Virus record (IMG/VR): IMGVR_UViG_3300030118_001869
Coordinates: 50,107-114,106 of that record
Reading direction: 5' to 3' (one strand)
Length of the DNA: 64,000 bases
DNA from: a virus
The notes under the pieces are model-generated. The model searched no databases. It was not told the DNA's origin and saw nothing but the letters and a program-made list of their open reading frames with translations. This document shows, piece after piece, positions 27,834 to 36,676 of this stretch. The position numbers were made by a program, and so were the translations under genes. Position 1 is the stretch's first letter; each line of letters starts with the position of its first letter.

Positions 27834-28066
27834 TTGAATCTTAGTATTTCTCCATCAACATAGACAAACTCTTGACCGCATGCTAAACATCTAGCTTCAG
27901 TCTCATTACGTTCCATTGTTGTATTGGAGCAGTTTAAACAAGTATCTTCATTCCATGGAATAAACTCCTCACAAGTTTGTTTTGCCATCTCTTGAATAAA
28001 TGCATCATGTGATCCATTGTACTCTCGGTCTAGCATTTCCATGTAGATTTCTTTCATTCTTCCCAT
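27830..28066 (-). CDS. Small Zn-ribbon protein
   Basis: MGRMKEIY start; CLNC...CLAC. Confidence 0.65.
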   Translation of the reverse strand: MGRMKEIYMEMLDREYNGSHDAFIQEMAKQTCEEFIPWNEDTCLNCSNTTMERNETEARCLACGQEFVYVDGEILRFK

Positions 28067-28070
28067 ATTA

Positions 28071-29189
28071 TTAAATTGGATTATAATATTTGATTTTATT
28101 ATTGTCAAAGTCTTTTAGTGCTTTCTGTACCCAAGTCTCATCCTGTGTGCCTTTGTAACACAATATGTGACATACTGCTGACTCAGATGGATTAAGTCTT
28201 AATAATCTACCTATCCTTTGAGCTGTCTTTCTTTCATTACCATATGCGTGCATTATAATACCCTGCTTTAACCCAGGGATAGTTACACCTTCTGATAATT
28301 GTAAGACACAAGAAAGCTTATCTATTCTACCATCAGAGAATAACTGTAAGTTATCTTCTGATTGTGCATTCTTTGAGTGGTAACTGTGTCTACATACTCT
28401 ATCAGCTTGAGTCATAGTATTTGCAAATACAATACATTTTGTTTTTACTTTCCTAAGTAGGTCCTTTACATAGGTTTCTTTTGTATTGTAATCCATCAAG
28501 GCTCTCATTCTCATTATAGATGCAAACTGCATCTGCTTTTGAGTCTGAGCTGCAATAACTCTTTGTACTACGTATGCATAATCTTTCTTCTCTGATGTAT
28601 ACCAGTATCCGCCATCTTTCTTTTTCTTCTTCAATGTTTTAAGATCAGAGAGCTCTAATTCATGCACAACAATCTGATAATTGTTTAATATATTTGAGTC
28701 AGTAGCATTATCAACAGAGAATGTATACTTAATAGGACAATACTTCTGTACCATTCTAGCTTTCTCACTACCTTTTCTTCTTGGCGGGGTACCTGTAAGA
28801 CCAAGTATCTTGCCTTTATAGTTACTAAGAAATAGTTCATGGTTCTCTAATAAACTATGACACTCATCTAGATATACAATATCATATATACCAGGGTCTT
28901 GTTTATTTATAGAAAGATATGTACTGAATCTAATATGCTGTAGTAGATTTGTATCACCCATCTTAGTTAGCTCATCAGTCCATGATTTTTTAACTGAGTT
29001 CTTAGGTACTACTACAAGTACTAATATAAAGGGATCATAATTCTTTTTAAGATGCTCTATTGCAATACGTGTTTTACCAACACCCATTGATATCCCAAGA
29101 CCACACCTTTTATGTTGCATTGTTACTTTTAATGCTTCTGCCTGTACAACCTCTCTGGTCATAGAAACAGTTTTATTATATACTTCCAT
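28071..29189 (-). CDS. Superfamily 2 (DExH) helicase
   Basis: MGVGKT, DECH, GLTGT, EGVTIP, QRIGRLLR. Confidence 0.88.
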   Translation of the reverse strand: MEVYNKTVSMTREVVQAEALKVTMQHKRCGLGISMGVGKTRIAIEHLKKNYDPFILVLVVVPKNSVKKSWTDELTKMGDTNLLQHIRFSTYLSINKQDPGIYDIVYLDECHSLLENHELFLSNYKGKILGLTGTPPRRKGSEKARMVQKYCPIKYTFSVDNATDSNILNNYQIVVHELELSDLKTLKKKKKDGGYWYTSEKKDYAYVVQRVIAAQTQKQMQFASIMRMRALMDYNTKETYVKDLLRKVKTKCIVFANTMTQADRVCRHSYHSKNAQSEDNLQLFSDGRIDKLSCVLQLSEGVTIPGLKQGIIMHAYGNERKTAQRIGRLLRLNPSESAVCHILCYKGTQDETWVQKALKDFDNNKIKYYNPI

Positions 29190-29253
29190 AGTAAATAAGT
29201 GAATGTTAGTACGAATGACCATACTAATATTGCTAAATAATTAGGTTCTCTTT

Positions 29254-29679
29254 TCATAATCTTGATTCTGTATATCCAAATTGTTCTGCCGCACTTGGAT
29301 TTTCTTCTATCCATGTATGACAATTTCTACAAACTGATAACCATGTAGTGGTATCTAAATGATACTTACCTCTACCTTTCATATGATGTATCTCTGTAGC
29401 CTTTACACTACATCTAGGAAGTCCTGCTTGACAAACAGGATGCTGATCCAAGAAGGCTTTACGTAAAACGCTGTAAGCCCTCTCAGTCTTTTGCATCTTA
29501 GAAGACATTTGTCTAATCTTCTTTCTAGGTTTGTTAAACTTTCTGTAATAGTCAGATTTAAAATTATCTTCTTGCTTAATTTTAAACCAACATATCTTAC
29601 AGTACTTCCTGCCTTTGTCATTCTTCCATATAAACTGTTCAGTTTCACAAGAATAACACTTCTTTTTCTTTGCTTTCAT
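29254..29679 (-). CDS. HNH endonuclease-like protein
   Basis: CxxC pairs, EIHHMKGRG, VCRNCH. Confidence 0.7.
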   Translation of the reverse strand: MKAKKKKCYSCETEQFIWKNDKGRKYCKICWFKIKQEDNFKSDYYRKFNKPRKKIRQMSSKMQKTERAYSVLRKAFLDQHPVCQAGLPRCSVKATEIHHMKGRGKYHLDTTTWLSVCRNCHTWIEENPSAAEQFGYTESRL

Positions 29680-30194
29680 GCAGCCTTTAATGTTAAAAAG
29701 GTCCTAGGTAGCAATCCTTTTTGCATAAACCTTAGTATTACATCTTCATATGTAATCCCTAAGTCTCTCAAAGACATTGTATTCTTAAAATCTTTAAGAG
29801 TTTCCTCTGGTGGAATAGATATAATATACTCTGCCATAGGTCCCGTAAATGTCTTTCTAAAATACGCATTTACTTTCTTATTACAAATTATTTGCTTCCA
29901 TATATTTAGTTCATCCTGTGCTCTTTTCCATACTCTAATTATCCTTCTTTTCTTATCCCAATGTAACTTGGCTTTCTCCTCTGCACTATACATGTTTAAA
30001 CCATGTAGTACACGTTTAAACAAAAAGTGTTGATATGGATTAAGTTTACGGTAGCTTAGGTTCTGTACTAAATTTTTAGGGTGTAGTTGGTATTCTGATA
30101 GTATACCATAATAGTTTAGTCTCTCTTCATGACGTTCTATTAATTCTTTATTTATATTATTCTTTATTAAGTTGATTTGTTCTGAGTTAAACAT
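29676..30194 (-). CDS. Hypothetical protein
   Basis: ORF track; start refined to MFNSEQ. Confidence 0.75.
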   Translation of the reverse strand: MFNSEQINLIKNNINKELIERHEERLNYYGILSEYQLHPKNLVQNLSYRKLNPYQHFLFKRVLHGLNMYSAEEKAKLHWDKKRRIIRVWKRAQDELNIWKQIICNKKVNAYFRKTFTGPMAEYIISIPPEETLKDFKNTMSLRDLGITYEDVILRFMQKGLLPRTFLTLKAA

Positions 30195-30301
30195 ATTTGT
30201 TATTATAAGGGTTAAACATAAGTGATAAGTATAAATGTCGGGCTCCAAACCGTATGATCAAGCAGCTAAAAGCTGATTTTTACATTTATACAGAGAAGGA
30301 T

Positions 30302-30874
30302 TTAGAGTTCAAATGACTCTACACCTTCTTCGTCAGCAACTTCTACTTCATCAGTAGATTCAGTTACAATTGCCTCTTCTTGCTCAACTTCTGCAATAGA
30401 ATCTTCTAGATCTACTTGCTTAGTTGCTTTAACCTCATCCATTATTTTTGCTGAGGTTCCGTTAGCTTCTCTAATAGCATCACCATTTGCATGTGGAACT
30501 AATGTGTCACTAACATTTTCATCTTCAGAGTAGAAAGTTTTCCTATAAATAGGTTCACCATCTGATGTAGCACATATAATACCTGTTGTACCAGCCATTT
30601 TTAAGTCTATATCAGGGTTTTCTTCATTGAACGGAGTAGTTTGTTCAATAACGTAGATCTTTCCATTGATCTCTTTAGTATGCTGAAGACCTGTTTCTTC
30701 TAAGTCTTCTATTTTACCGTGAATCAGTGTTGATAACTGCTTCACATTCACAAAGTTGTTGGCTCCAATTATTCTTCTCTTCTGAGTTAATCTAATGAAA
30801 CCATAATCAGGGTTTTTAGATGATTGACGAATTACATTACCTAATTCATCAGCATCAATTTTTACTGTTGACAT
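30302..30874 (-). CDS. Hypothetical protein with acidic tail (possible second SSB)
   Basis: OB-like beta core, highly acidic C-terminus ending FEL. Confidence 0.6.
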   Translation of the reverse strand: MSTVKIDADELGNVIRQSSKNPDYGFIRLTQKRRIIGANNFVNVKQLSTLIHGKIEDLEETGLQHTKEINGKIYVIEQTTPFNEENPDIDLKMAGTTGIICATSDGEPIYRKTFYSEDENVSDTLVPHANGDAIREANGTSAKIMDEVKATKQVDLEDSIAEVEQEEAIVTESTDEVEVADEEGVESFEL

Positions 30875-30906
30875 AATTAAAATATTAAAAGGGTGAAAAT
30901 TAAATA

Positions 30907-31182
30907 TCAGATATCATCTGAGTGGAAGTAATCATCATTAAGTTTTTCTACTGTGTCTATTTCATCCAATCTTGGTTCATATTCTGAGTCAGCCTTAATA
31001 TCTTCTAAGGCTTCCTTACGTGCCAAGGTTGTGTTTGCATATAGCCCGTAGAAAGGACTTGTTACTTCTTTTGTATATGCTGAGCTGATACCATTAAGAT
31101 CATTTATCTCTTCATCTGACATTGATAGATACTGTTCTACCGAACATTCTATTATTCTGCCATTTGGGAGTTGTAGTATCAT
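30907..31182 (-). CDS. Small acidic hypothetical protein
   Basis: ORF track; TACTTTTG box at 31203-31210. Confidence 0.7.
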   Translation of the reverse strand: MILQLPNGRIIECSVEQYLSMSDEEINDLNGISSAYTKEVTSPFYGLYANTTLARKEALEDIKADSEYEPRLDEIDTVEKLNDDYFHSDDI

Positions 31183-31286
31183 CTTATTACATCTGAGTCA
31201 ATCAAAAGTAGTAAAAAATCTACAGTAATAATGATCTAAGATGGTATATTCTCAGCTTTTGGATTAAAAAGTTAGCATAATAATAG

Positions 31287-31538
31287 CTAACATAATATAA
31301 TTTTTCTACCAATACGCTTGATAACACCTGCATCTTTCAGTTCTTTTATGTTTCTACTGATCTGACGCTGACTTTTATCAAGTATATCTGCTAGAGTTGA
31401 TATAGATGGATAGCATTCACGTTTATCTCCACAATATATACACAATAATGCATATAATGCTTTAGATTGTGCTGAGACAGAGGGATTAGACATAACTTCC
31501 CAATCTACTATACCAAATCTTTTATAAATCTTCTCCAC
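31287..31538 (-). CDS. Helix-turn-helix protein (HTH_36-like)
   Basis: KALYALLC...CYPSISTLA..L..SQRQISRNIKELKDAGVI. Confidence 0.8.
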   Translation of the reverse strand: MEKIYKRFGIVDWEVMSNPSVSAQSKALYALLCIYCGDKRECYPSISTLADILDKSQRQISRNIKELKDAGVIKRIGRKIILC

Positions 31539-32010
31539 GTTCTACATGAAGTTGGAAATATGGTATGCTATCAGCAGGAATTACTTCACATGCAGTCCTA
31601 TCAATCCTTTCTTTCTTATATATTAAGGTTTTGTCTTCATTATAAGTCATAAGCTCAATATCTAATCTTGTAGAGAATCTGTTTATATCATTACCATAGC
31701 TGTCTCTCTGTGGTACTCTACCAAAATAGTGGTTATTTACACATAAACCTAAGTCAATCATGACATCTATGTCTATATTGTCTGCAAACCACCCCGTTTT
31801 AGAGTGAAACATTACATAATCACCAGGTATAATAGGAACATACTGTTCTTTAAGTTGTAATAGCATGATCATCATTGCTATAGACTCTTTGTCCATAGTC
31901 TCCATGAGGAACTGTGCTATCATATTTCTATTGACACCTGCATTGAGCCCATCTTCAATGAGCCCAAGTGCTGTGTCATGTGGTATTGGTACATCTATCT
32001 GTCTCGCCAT
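31522..32010 (-). CDS. Hypothetical protein
   Basis: ORF track. Confidence 0.7.
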   Translation of the reverse strand: MARQIDVPIPHDTALGLIEDGLNAGVNRNMIAQFLMETMDKESIAMMIMLLQLKEQYVPIIPGDYVMFHSKTGWFADNIDIDVMIDLGLCVNNHYFGRVPQRDSYGNDINRFSTRLDIELMTYNEDKTLIYKKERIDRTACEVIPADSIPYFQLHVERGEDL

Positions 32011-32780
32011 CTTTTCAAGTCATTTATGTGAAATGTATACTGAGGTGTAACCACGTGTGTCATGAATGATTTTAATTCATACCATACATAGCCTGTCTCA
32101 GGATTCATAAGTATATGGTTATCTTGTGCAGGCATAAAGCTCTGAGCCAGCATAAATAACTTATGACCAGTTTCCTGATCATATAGAACATCTACTACAG
32201 TAACTGCATGGCCTGGAAATCCTCCTACAACAAATACATCACCTGCCATTATATCCCATATAGGAACTGCTTCAAGGTTATACTCTGATATAGACCATGT
32301 ATTAGCATATGTCCATACCAAATCCATCCATTTCCTAAATGTTTCACAATTATCTTCTCTTCCTGATGATCCAAGGTATTCCAAATAGTTATACTCTGTG
32401 CCATCAGCTCCATTGAATACTAATCTATCATAGAATTCTGGACCATTACTGTAATTATAAGATGCCCATAGATACATTGATGCATCTGCGCACTGATGTA
32501 AGTCCAAAGGACCTATGTCATAGTCAAATACTGCAGCAAATACATCATTACGGCCATTATATTTAACCTGTCCGTTATGATATCTTACAATATCTTCCTT
32601 CTTTAAAGGATGATCTATTAACCATTGAGAGAAACCATCATCTGATCTGAAGTATTTCTTTGCCTCTTTTGGTATTTTAAAGTGAGTTTTTATAGACTTA
32701 TCACTAGTCTTTAAGGATACGTATTGTGCATGTGTCACATTTAGTGCAAGCATACACATAATTAATATTAAATTTTTCAT
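31995..32780 (-). CDS. Secreted DUF4846-family protein
   Basis: Signal peptide MKNLIL...HAQ; DLHQCADA, GDVFVVGGFPGHAV.VVD, LAQSFMPAQ. Confidence 0.75.
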   Translation of the reverse strand: MKNLILIMCMLALNVTHAQYVSLKTSDKSIKTHFKIPKEAKKYFRSDDGFSQWLIDHPLKKEDIVRYHNGQVKYNGRNDVFAAVFDYDIGPLDLHQCADASMYLWASYNYSNGPEFYDRLVFNGADGTEYNYLEYLGSSGREDNCETFRKWMDLVWTYANTWSISEYNLEAVPIWDIMAGDVFVVGGFPGHAVTVVDVLYDQETGHKLFMLAQSFMPAQDNHILMNPETGYVWYELKSFMTHVVTPQYTFHINDLKRWRDR

Positions 32781-32811
32781 GTTTACTGTTATTAAAAGTT
32801 GCTGAACTCCG

Positions 32812-32832
32812 CTTGGGAGAAAAATAAATAGG
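32812..32832 (-). promoter_or_regulatory. Putative phage early promoter, copy 3
   Basis: + strand CTTGGGAGAAAAATAAATAGG, 31 nt from the DUF4846 ATG. Confidence 0.65.
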
Positions 32833-32999
32833 TAAAATAAAGGTGAATCAGGAAGCCGGTTAACTATTAATAAACTAAACTTATGAAAACTACTCATCAT
32901 AATACGATAGACTTCCTTCATCACCTCTGGTTATCACTTACCTAACCAATGCTTAGCCTTAATACTAATGTTATTATAGTATATAATACTATGTTATTA

Positions 33000-33323
33000 T
33001 TAGTTGGACACTGATGTCTTCTTATAGTTAAATTCTATGTATAAGAATGGAACTAATAAGGCAATACCACCTCCCTCAGTTAATCCTATTGATAGGCCAA
33101 ACTGTGGGATCTTTTCTACTTTCACGTTAGGTAAGATTGTAATACCACCTAGCAATGCATATAATACAATTGCTGAGGCAATATTGTATGTAACTACAAG
33201 AACTCCTGTAATTACTACAGCTGTTTCACTTCCAGTAAAGGAAGCAATCATAAAAGCCAACGCTGCTATTGGCTGCATTACAACAAGGAACACCTTGACT
33301 AATGCTCTAAGAAACTTATTCAT
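33000..33323 (-). CDS. Membrane protein
   Basis: Two TM helices followed by beta-strands. Confidence 0.65.
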   Translation of the reverse strand: MNKFLRALVKVFLVVMQPIAALAFMIASFTGSETAVVITGVLVVTYNIASAIVLYALLGGITILPNVKVEKIPQFGLSIGLTEGGGIALLVPFLYIEFNYKKTSVSN

Positions 33324-33334
33324 AATTTTATTTT

Positions 33335-33775
33335 TTAATTAGTTATTACATAGTCTCCATTGTTTATCAATAGTGTAATATCCTGTATAAACATTTGTTC
33401 ACCAAGGTTATTGTTACAGTCTATTGATGTTGTATCTGCTTCTAAGTCATATAAAGTGTTACTAAATATAACATAGTCTGGGTCTGAATTTAGTCCTGGA
33501 GAACTCCAGAATATTTCACGCCATTGTGCATATGCTATTTGGTTTATGCCTACACAAAAGGCAATCCAACGGTTATATGCAAAGCATGATCTATCTTCAT
33601 CCCATGCAAGATACATGTATTCCCAGTTTTCTGTACCATATTCTGAATCATACTGGCCTTTATTTATAACTTCAGTATATATAAATGCCTGATTTTCTGG
33701 GTTAAGAATAGGGTCATCATCTTTAGAGCACGAGGCTAATAAGATAATGGATAAGATATAAAGGGTCTTTTTCAT
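33335..33775 (-). CDS. Lipoprotein
   Basis: MKK-hydrophobic-LLASC followed by SKDDD, a Bacteroidota surface export-like signal. Confidence 0.75.
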   Translation of the reverse strand: MKKTLYILSIILLASCSKDDDPILNPENQAFIYTEVINKGQYDSEYGTENWEYMYLAWDEDRSCFAYNRWIAFCVGINQIAYAQWREIFWSSPGLNSDPDYVIFSNTLYDLEADTTSIDCNNNLGEQMFIQDITLLINNGDYVITN

Positions 33776-33838
33776 AATATTATTCTATATACAAGTATAG
33801 ACCTACTATAATTAAGTAGGCCATACCTGTGATTAAAC

Positions 33839-33994
33839 TTAACATCTGACCATTCTTTGTTTCTTTGCATTCCAACACTTCTGTGACTTGTAGTATTTCT
33901 TTTTGCTTTTACACATTCCTCTTGAGGAACTACAAGATGATAGTATTGGACCAAAGATAAATATGGCCACGATAATATACATTAATTTTTTCAT
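33839..33994 (-). CDS. Small basic Cys-containing lipoprotein (51 aa)
   Basis: MKKLMYIIVAIFIFGPILSSC lipobox. Confidence 0.6.
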   Translation of the reverse strand: MKKLMYIIVAIFIFGPILSSCSSSRGMCKSKKKYYKSQKCWNAKKQRMVRC

Positions 33995-34295
33995 AATGCT
34001 AGGATTAAAGTGATTTGCAATATTGCGGGTACTTATATACTCTTCATATAAGAGAAAGACAATATACATATAAAGCCAACCCATAACTTGTAGTCTTATT
34101 GGTATTGTTGATCCACATTCCTCTAGTTATGGTGTTAGCTATGTATATATATACGGTCATTACTTTTATTTTAGGTGGTAATAAGTGGTATTTTGTGGGT
34201 ATTTGGCCTCACATTTATTGTGCAACACACACAATTAATTTGTTTTTATGTTGCAAAATAGTTGCAAAAGCCAACGTTGGAACTAAAAAAGTAAA

Positions 34296-34320
34296 AAAGG
34301 GAACACTTGGTTCCCCTTTC
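34296..34320 (-). terminator. Intrinsic terminator downstream of the 34379-34672 gene
   Basis: GGGAAC/GTTCCC stem with an A-run on + (T-run on -). Confidence 0.6.
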
Positions 34321-34378
34321 TTTGTCTTACTACTGATTACACGCTATCACCTGTGCTTTTTGTAGTTGCTGACTTATA

Positions 34379-34672
34379 TTAGTGTGCCCAATACAGGTTG
34401 TCAAACTCTTCTCCTGTTGATTGGTTCACTACTTTCTTTTCGGTTAGTTCTAATGATGCTATCTCATCACCTACCTTTAATTCAGCCTTTAAGGCCATAC
34501 CGTCTTCAGGGCTTATAGCAGTAAATCCAAAGCGGACATTACCATTCCCTGCTTGTTGCCTCACCTCAAATTCTCTGCTACCAATTTTCTTGGTTACAGT
34601 TTGGACACCTGAGAGAGGTGCGTCCGAAGTGATAAGACCTTTGTTACTCTCAGTAATTTTAAAATAATACAT
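34379..34672 (-). CDS. Hypothetical protein, first gene of the early arm
   Basis: 97 aa; own promoter motif upstream and terminator downstream. Confidence 0.75.
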   Translation of the reverse strand: MYYFKITESNKGLITSDAPLSGVQTVTKKIGSREFEVRQQAGNGNVRFGFTAISPEDGMALKAELKVGDEIASLELTEKKVVNQSTGEEFDNLYWAH

Positions 34673-34733
34673 AGTAAATAAATTTTAAGTTAAACAATTA
34701 TTTTAGTGGCGGGTAGAGACCTGCCAAATTATA

Positions 34734-34754
34734 GTTGGGGAGCAAAACAATAGG
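34734..34754 (-). promoter_or_regulatory. Putative phage early promoter, copy 4 (variant)
   Basis: + strand GTTGGGGAGCAAAACAATAGG (8-nt spacer). Confidence 0.5.
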
Positions 34755-34804
34755 ACCTCTTGCCAATGCTAAATACACTACATTTTTTTTAGGTGGAAAA
34801 AAAA

Positions 34805-34816
34805 TTTTGTATATTA
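34805..34816 (+). promoter_or_regulatory. Putative late promoter TTTTGTATATTA
   Basis: Start of the + strand arm, 17 nt before the ATG at 34834. Confidence 0.65.
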
Positions 34817-34833
34817 AGTGTATAGACCTAACA

Positions 34834-35154
34834 ATGGAACAAGAAGACTACGGATACGGGAAATCAGTTGAAGAGATGCAAAAAGAGGAGGAGATGCTTA
34901 CTACAGCATTCAATAACTCTTATAACTATCTAACTAATAAAGTTACTATGGATTATGTATTGCATGCTAGTGAGAGTGAATTTGGGTTTGTATTGGCTCA
35001 TAATACACATGTTGGGCCTACGAAAATGGAACTAGAGAATATGATCCTCCACTTTATAGAGACTGAAGAGTATGAAAAATGTGCAGTACTTAAGGGTATA
35101 TTGAATAAAGAATATCCTGAGTCAATCAATGAATCATTAGAAGAGTGGCTATGA
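34834..35154 (+). CDS. Hypothetical protein with UVR-like motif
   Basis: EEYEKCAVLK; start refined. Confidence 0.7.
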   Translation: MEQEDYGYGKSVEEMQKEEEMLTTAFNNSYNYLTNKVTMDYVLHASESEFGFVLAHNTHVGPTKMELENMILHFIETEEYEKCAVLKGILNKEYPESINESLEEWL

Positions 35155-35399
35155 CAGAAAATAGTATAAAGAAATTAGGATTTGAAAAATGCGTGATAGA
35201 TCAAAATGATAGCGGTTTAGATCGTGATATATATTATTATACGTATAACGTAGGTAGCGTATGTTTTATATCTAATGATACTAGTGATGGAAAAGGTAAG
35301 AGTAACTGGGAAGTAGAAATACCTGGATCAGACGTAGTATTTAACACCGTAAAAGATCTTCAATGCGTAATAGAATGTCTAGAAAGAAACAGAGTATGA
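35151..35399 (+). CDS. Hypothetical protein
   Basis: ATGA overlap with previous gene. Confidence 0.65.
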   Translation: MTENSIKKLGFEKCVIDQNDSGLDRDIYYYTYNVGSVCFISNDTSDGKGKSNWEVEIPGSDVVFNTVKDLQCVIECLERNRV

Positions 35400-35590
35400 G
35401 TAAAGCATTACTAAAATTTGAGGTACATGAAAGTGGTGAAGGATCTAGTGACTTTAAGATTATAGAGATAGTTACTGATAGAACACCTGAGTGGACAATG
35501 TCACAATACCTAAGAAATAGAAGTAATACTACAATGAAACTGCTTTACTCAGTTCCTTTTGCTGAATCAGAACAAAAAAATAATGGATAA
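35396..35590 (+). CDS. Hypothetical protein
   Basis: W.M.QY.RNR motif; overlaps neighbours. Confidence 0.6.
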   Translation: MSKALLKFEVHESGEGSSDFKIIEIVTDRTPEWTMSQYLRNRSNTTMKLLYSVPFAESEQKNNG

Positions 35591-35972
35591 GTATATATAC
35601 AGGGCTAAGTTAGTTAGAGTAGTGGACGGGGATACTTTTGATGCAATGATAGACCTGGGGTTTGATACGTGGATAAAACGTAGAATCAGACTGAAAGGCG
35701 TAGATACGTGGGAATCTAGAACTCGTGATAAAGCTGAAAAGAAAAAAGGGTTGGCCGCTAAGGCACGAACAAAAGAAATACTCTTAGACGTAAGCTGTGA
35801 CTCTGGATTATGTAGACTTAAATCATACGGAACGGGTAAATATGGACGTGTACTAGGAGAAGTATACGTAAAAGATATAGATGGAAATGAATTATGCTTG
35901 AATCAAGCCTTATTAGATGAGGGTCATGCTTATGTATATGATGGAGGCAAGAAACAAGTGTTTAAGTCATGA
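35583..35972 (+). CDS. Thermonuclease (SNase-like)
   Basis: RVVDGDT, RIRLKGVDT.E, GKYGRVLG, NQALLDEGHA. Confidence 0.88.
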   Translation: MDKYIYRAKLVRVVDGDTFDAMIDLGFDTWIKRRIRLKGVDTWESRTRDKAEKKKGLAAKARTKEILLDVSCDSGLCRLKSYGTGKYGRVLGEVYVKDIDGNELCLNQALLDEGHAYVYDGGKKQVFKS

Positions 35973-36343
35973 AAAAATTTATATTAGTAATAATCTTTCT
36001 TATACCTTTCTTTTCATACACACAATTCTATAAAGAACGTGACAAGCAACTTCACTTTGCAGCTGGTAATATAGCAGGTGCAGCTGGATATGTATGGTCC
36101 TATAACAAACACCATGATAAAAAGAGAGCTATTATAACAGGTATATGCACAGCTTTTGCAGCTGGTGTAATGAAAGAACTATATGACAGCTCTATACAAG
36201 GTAATTATCTAGACTTTGAGGATCTTGCTGCTACAACATTAGGAGGAATCACAATAACAACCACTATTCCTTTATTTGAACCTAAGAAATCAAAAAGAAA
36301 AAAGAAAAGAAGACCTAGATCAAAAGGTAAGTGTGGTAGATAG
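35969..36343 (+). CDS. Membrane protein (YfiM/VanZ-like DK..HF...KE..D motif)
   Basis: DKQLHF, KELYD, DLAATTLG. Confidence 0.65.
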   Translation: MKKFILVIIFLIPFFSYTQFYKERDKQLHFAAGNIAGAAGYVWSYNKHHDKKRAIITGICTAFAAGVMKELYDSSIQGNYLDFEDLAATTLGGITITTTIPLFEPKKSKRKKKRRPRSKGKCGR

Positions 36344-36415
36344 TTTACTTTAAACTTTTATTATTTAAACTTTATTTATATATTTGTTATATATTGTTTA
36401 ACTAAAACCAATGAT

Positions 36416-36676
36416 ATGGCAATAAATGAAAACTTAGTTCCTGATGAGGAACAACTAAGTCCTGAAGAAATAAAGGATAGAAGACAAGAGCTTACTAATT
36501 TCTATAAAGATGGAATTAAGCACTTAAAAGTACAAAAAGAGTATGAAACTCTTTTAACAGAGATAGAAGAGCAAAGAGCAAAAAGGATGCAAGCATCTAT
36601 GTTTTTAGCTAATGCCTTTGCTAAAGAAGAAGCTAATAACCAAAACCAAGAAAATGAAAATAATAAAAAAGGGTGA
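36416..36676 (+). CDS. Coiled-coil hypothetical protein
   Basis: ORF track; TATATTTG at 36379-36386. Confidence 0.7.
   Translation: MAINENLVPDEEQLSPEEIKDRRQELTNFYKDGIKHLKVQKEYETLLTEIEEQRAKRMQASMFLANAFAKEEANNQNQENENNKKG

Noticed and set aside
34099-34365. 88-aa + strand ORF in the palindrome region
   Set aside because: TTG start, low-complexity hydrophobic translation, crosses a terminator; more likely noncoding
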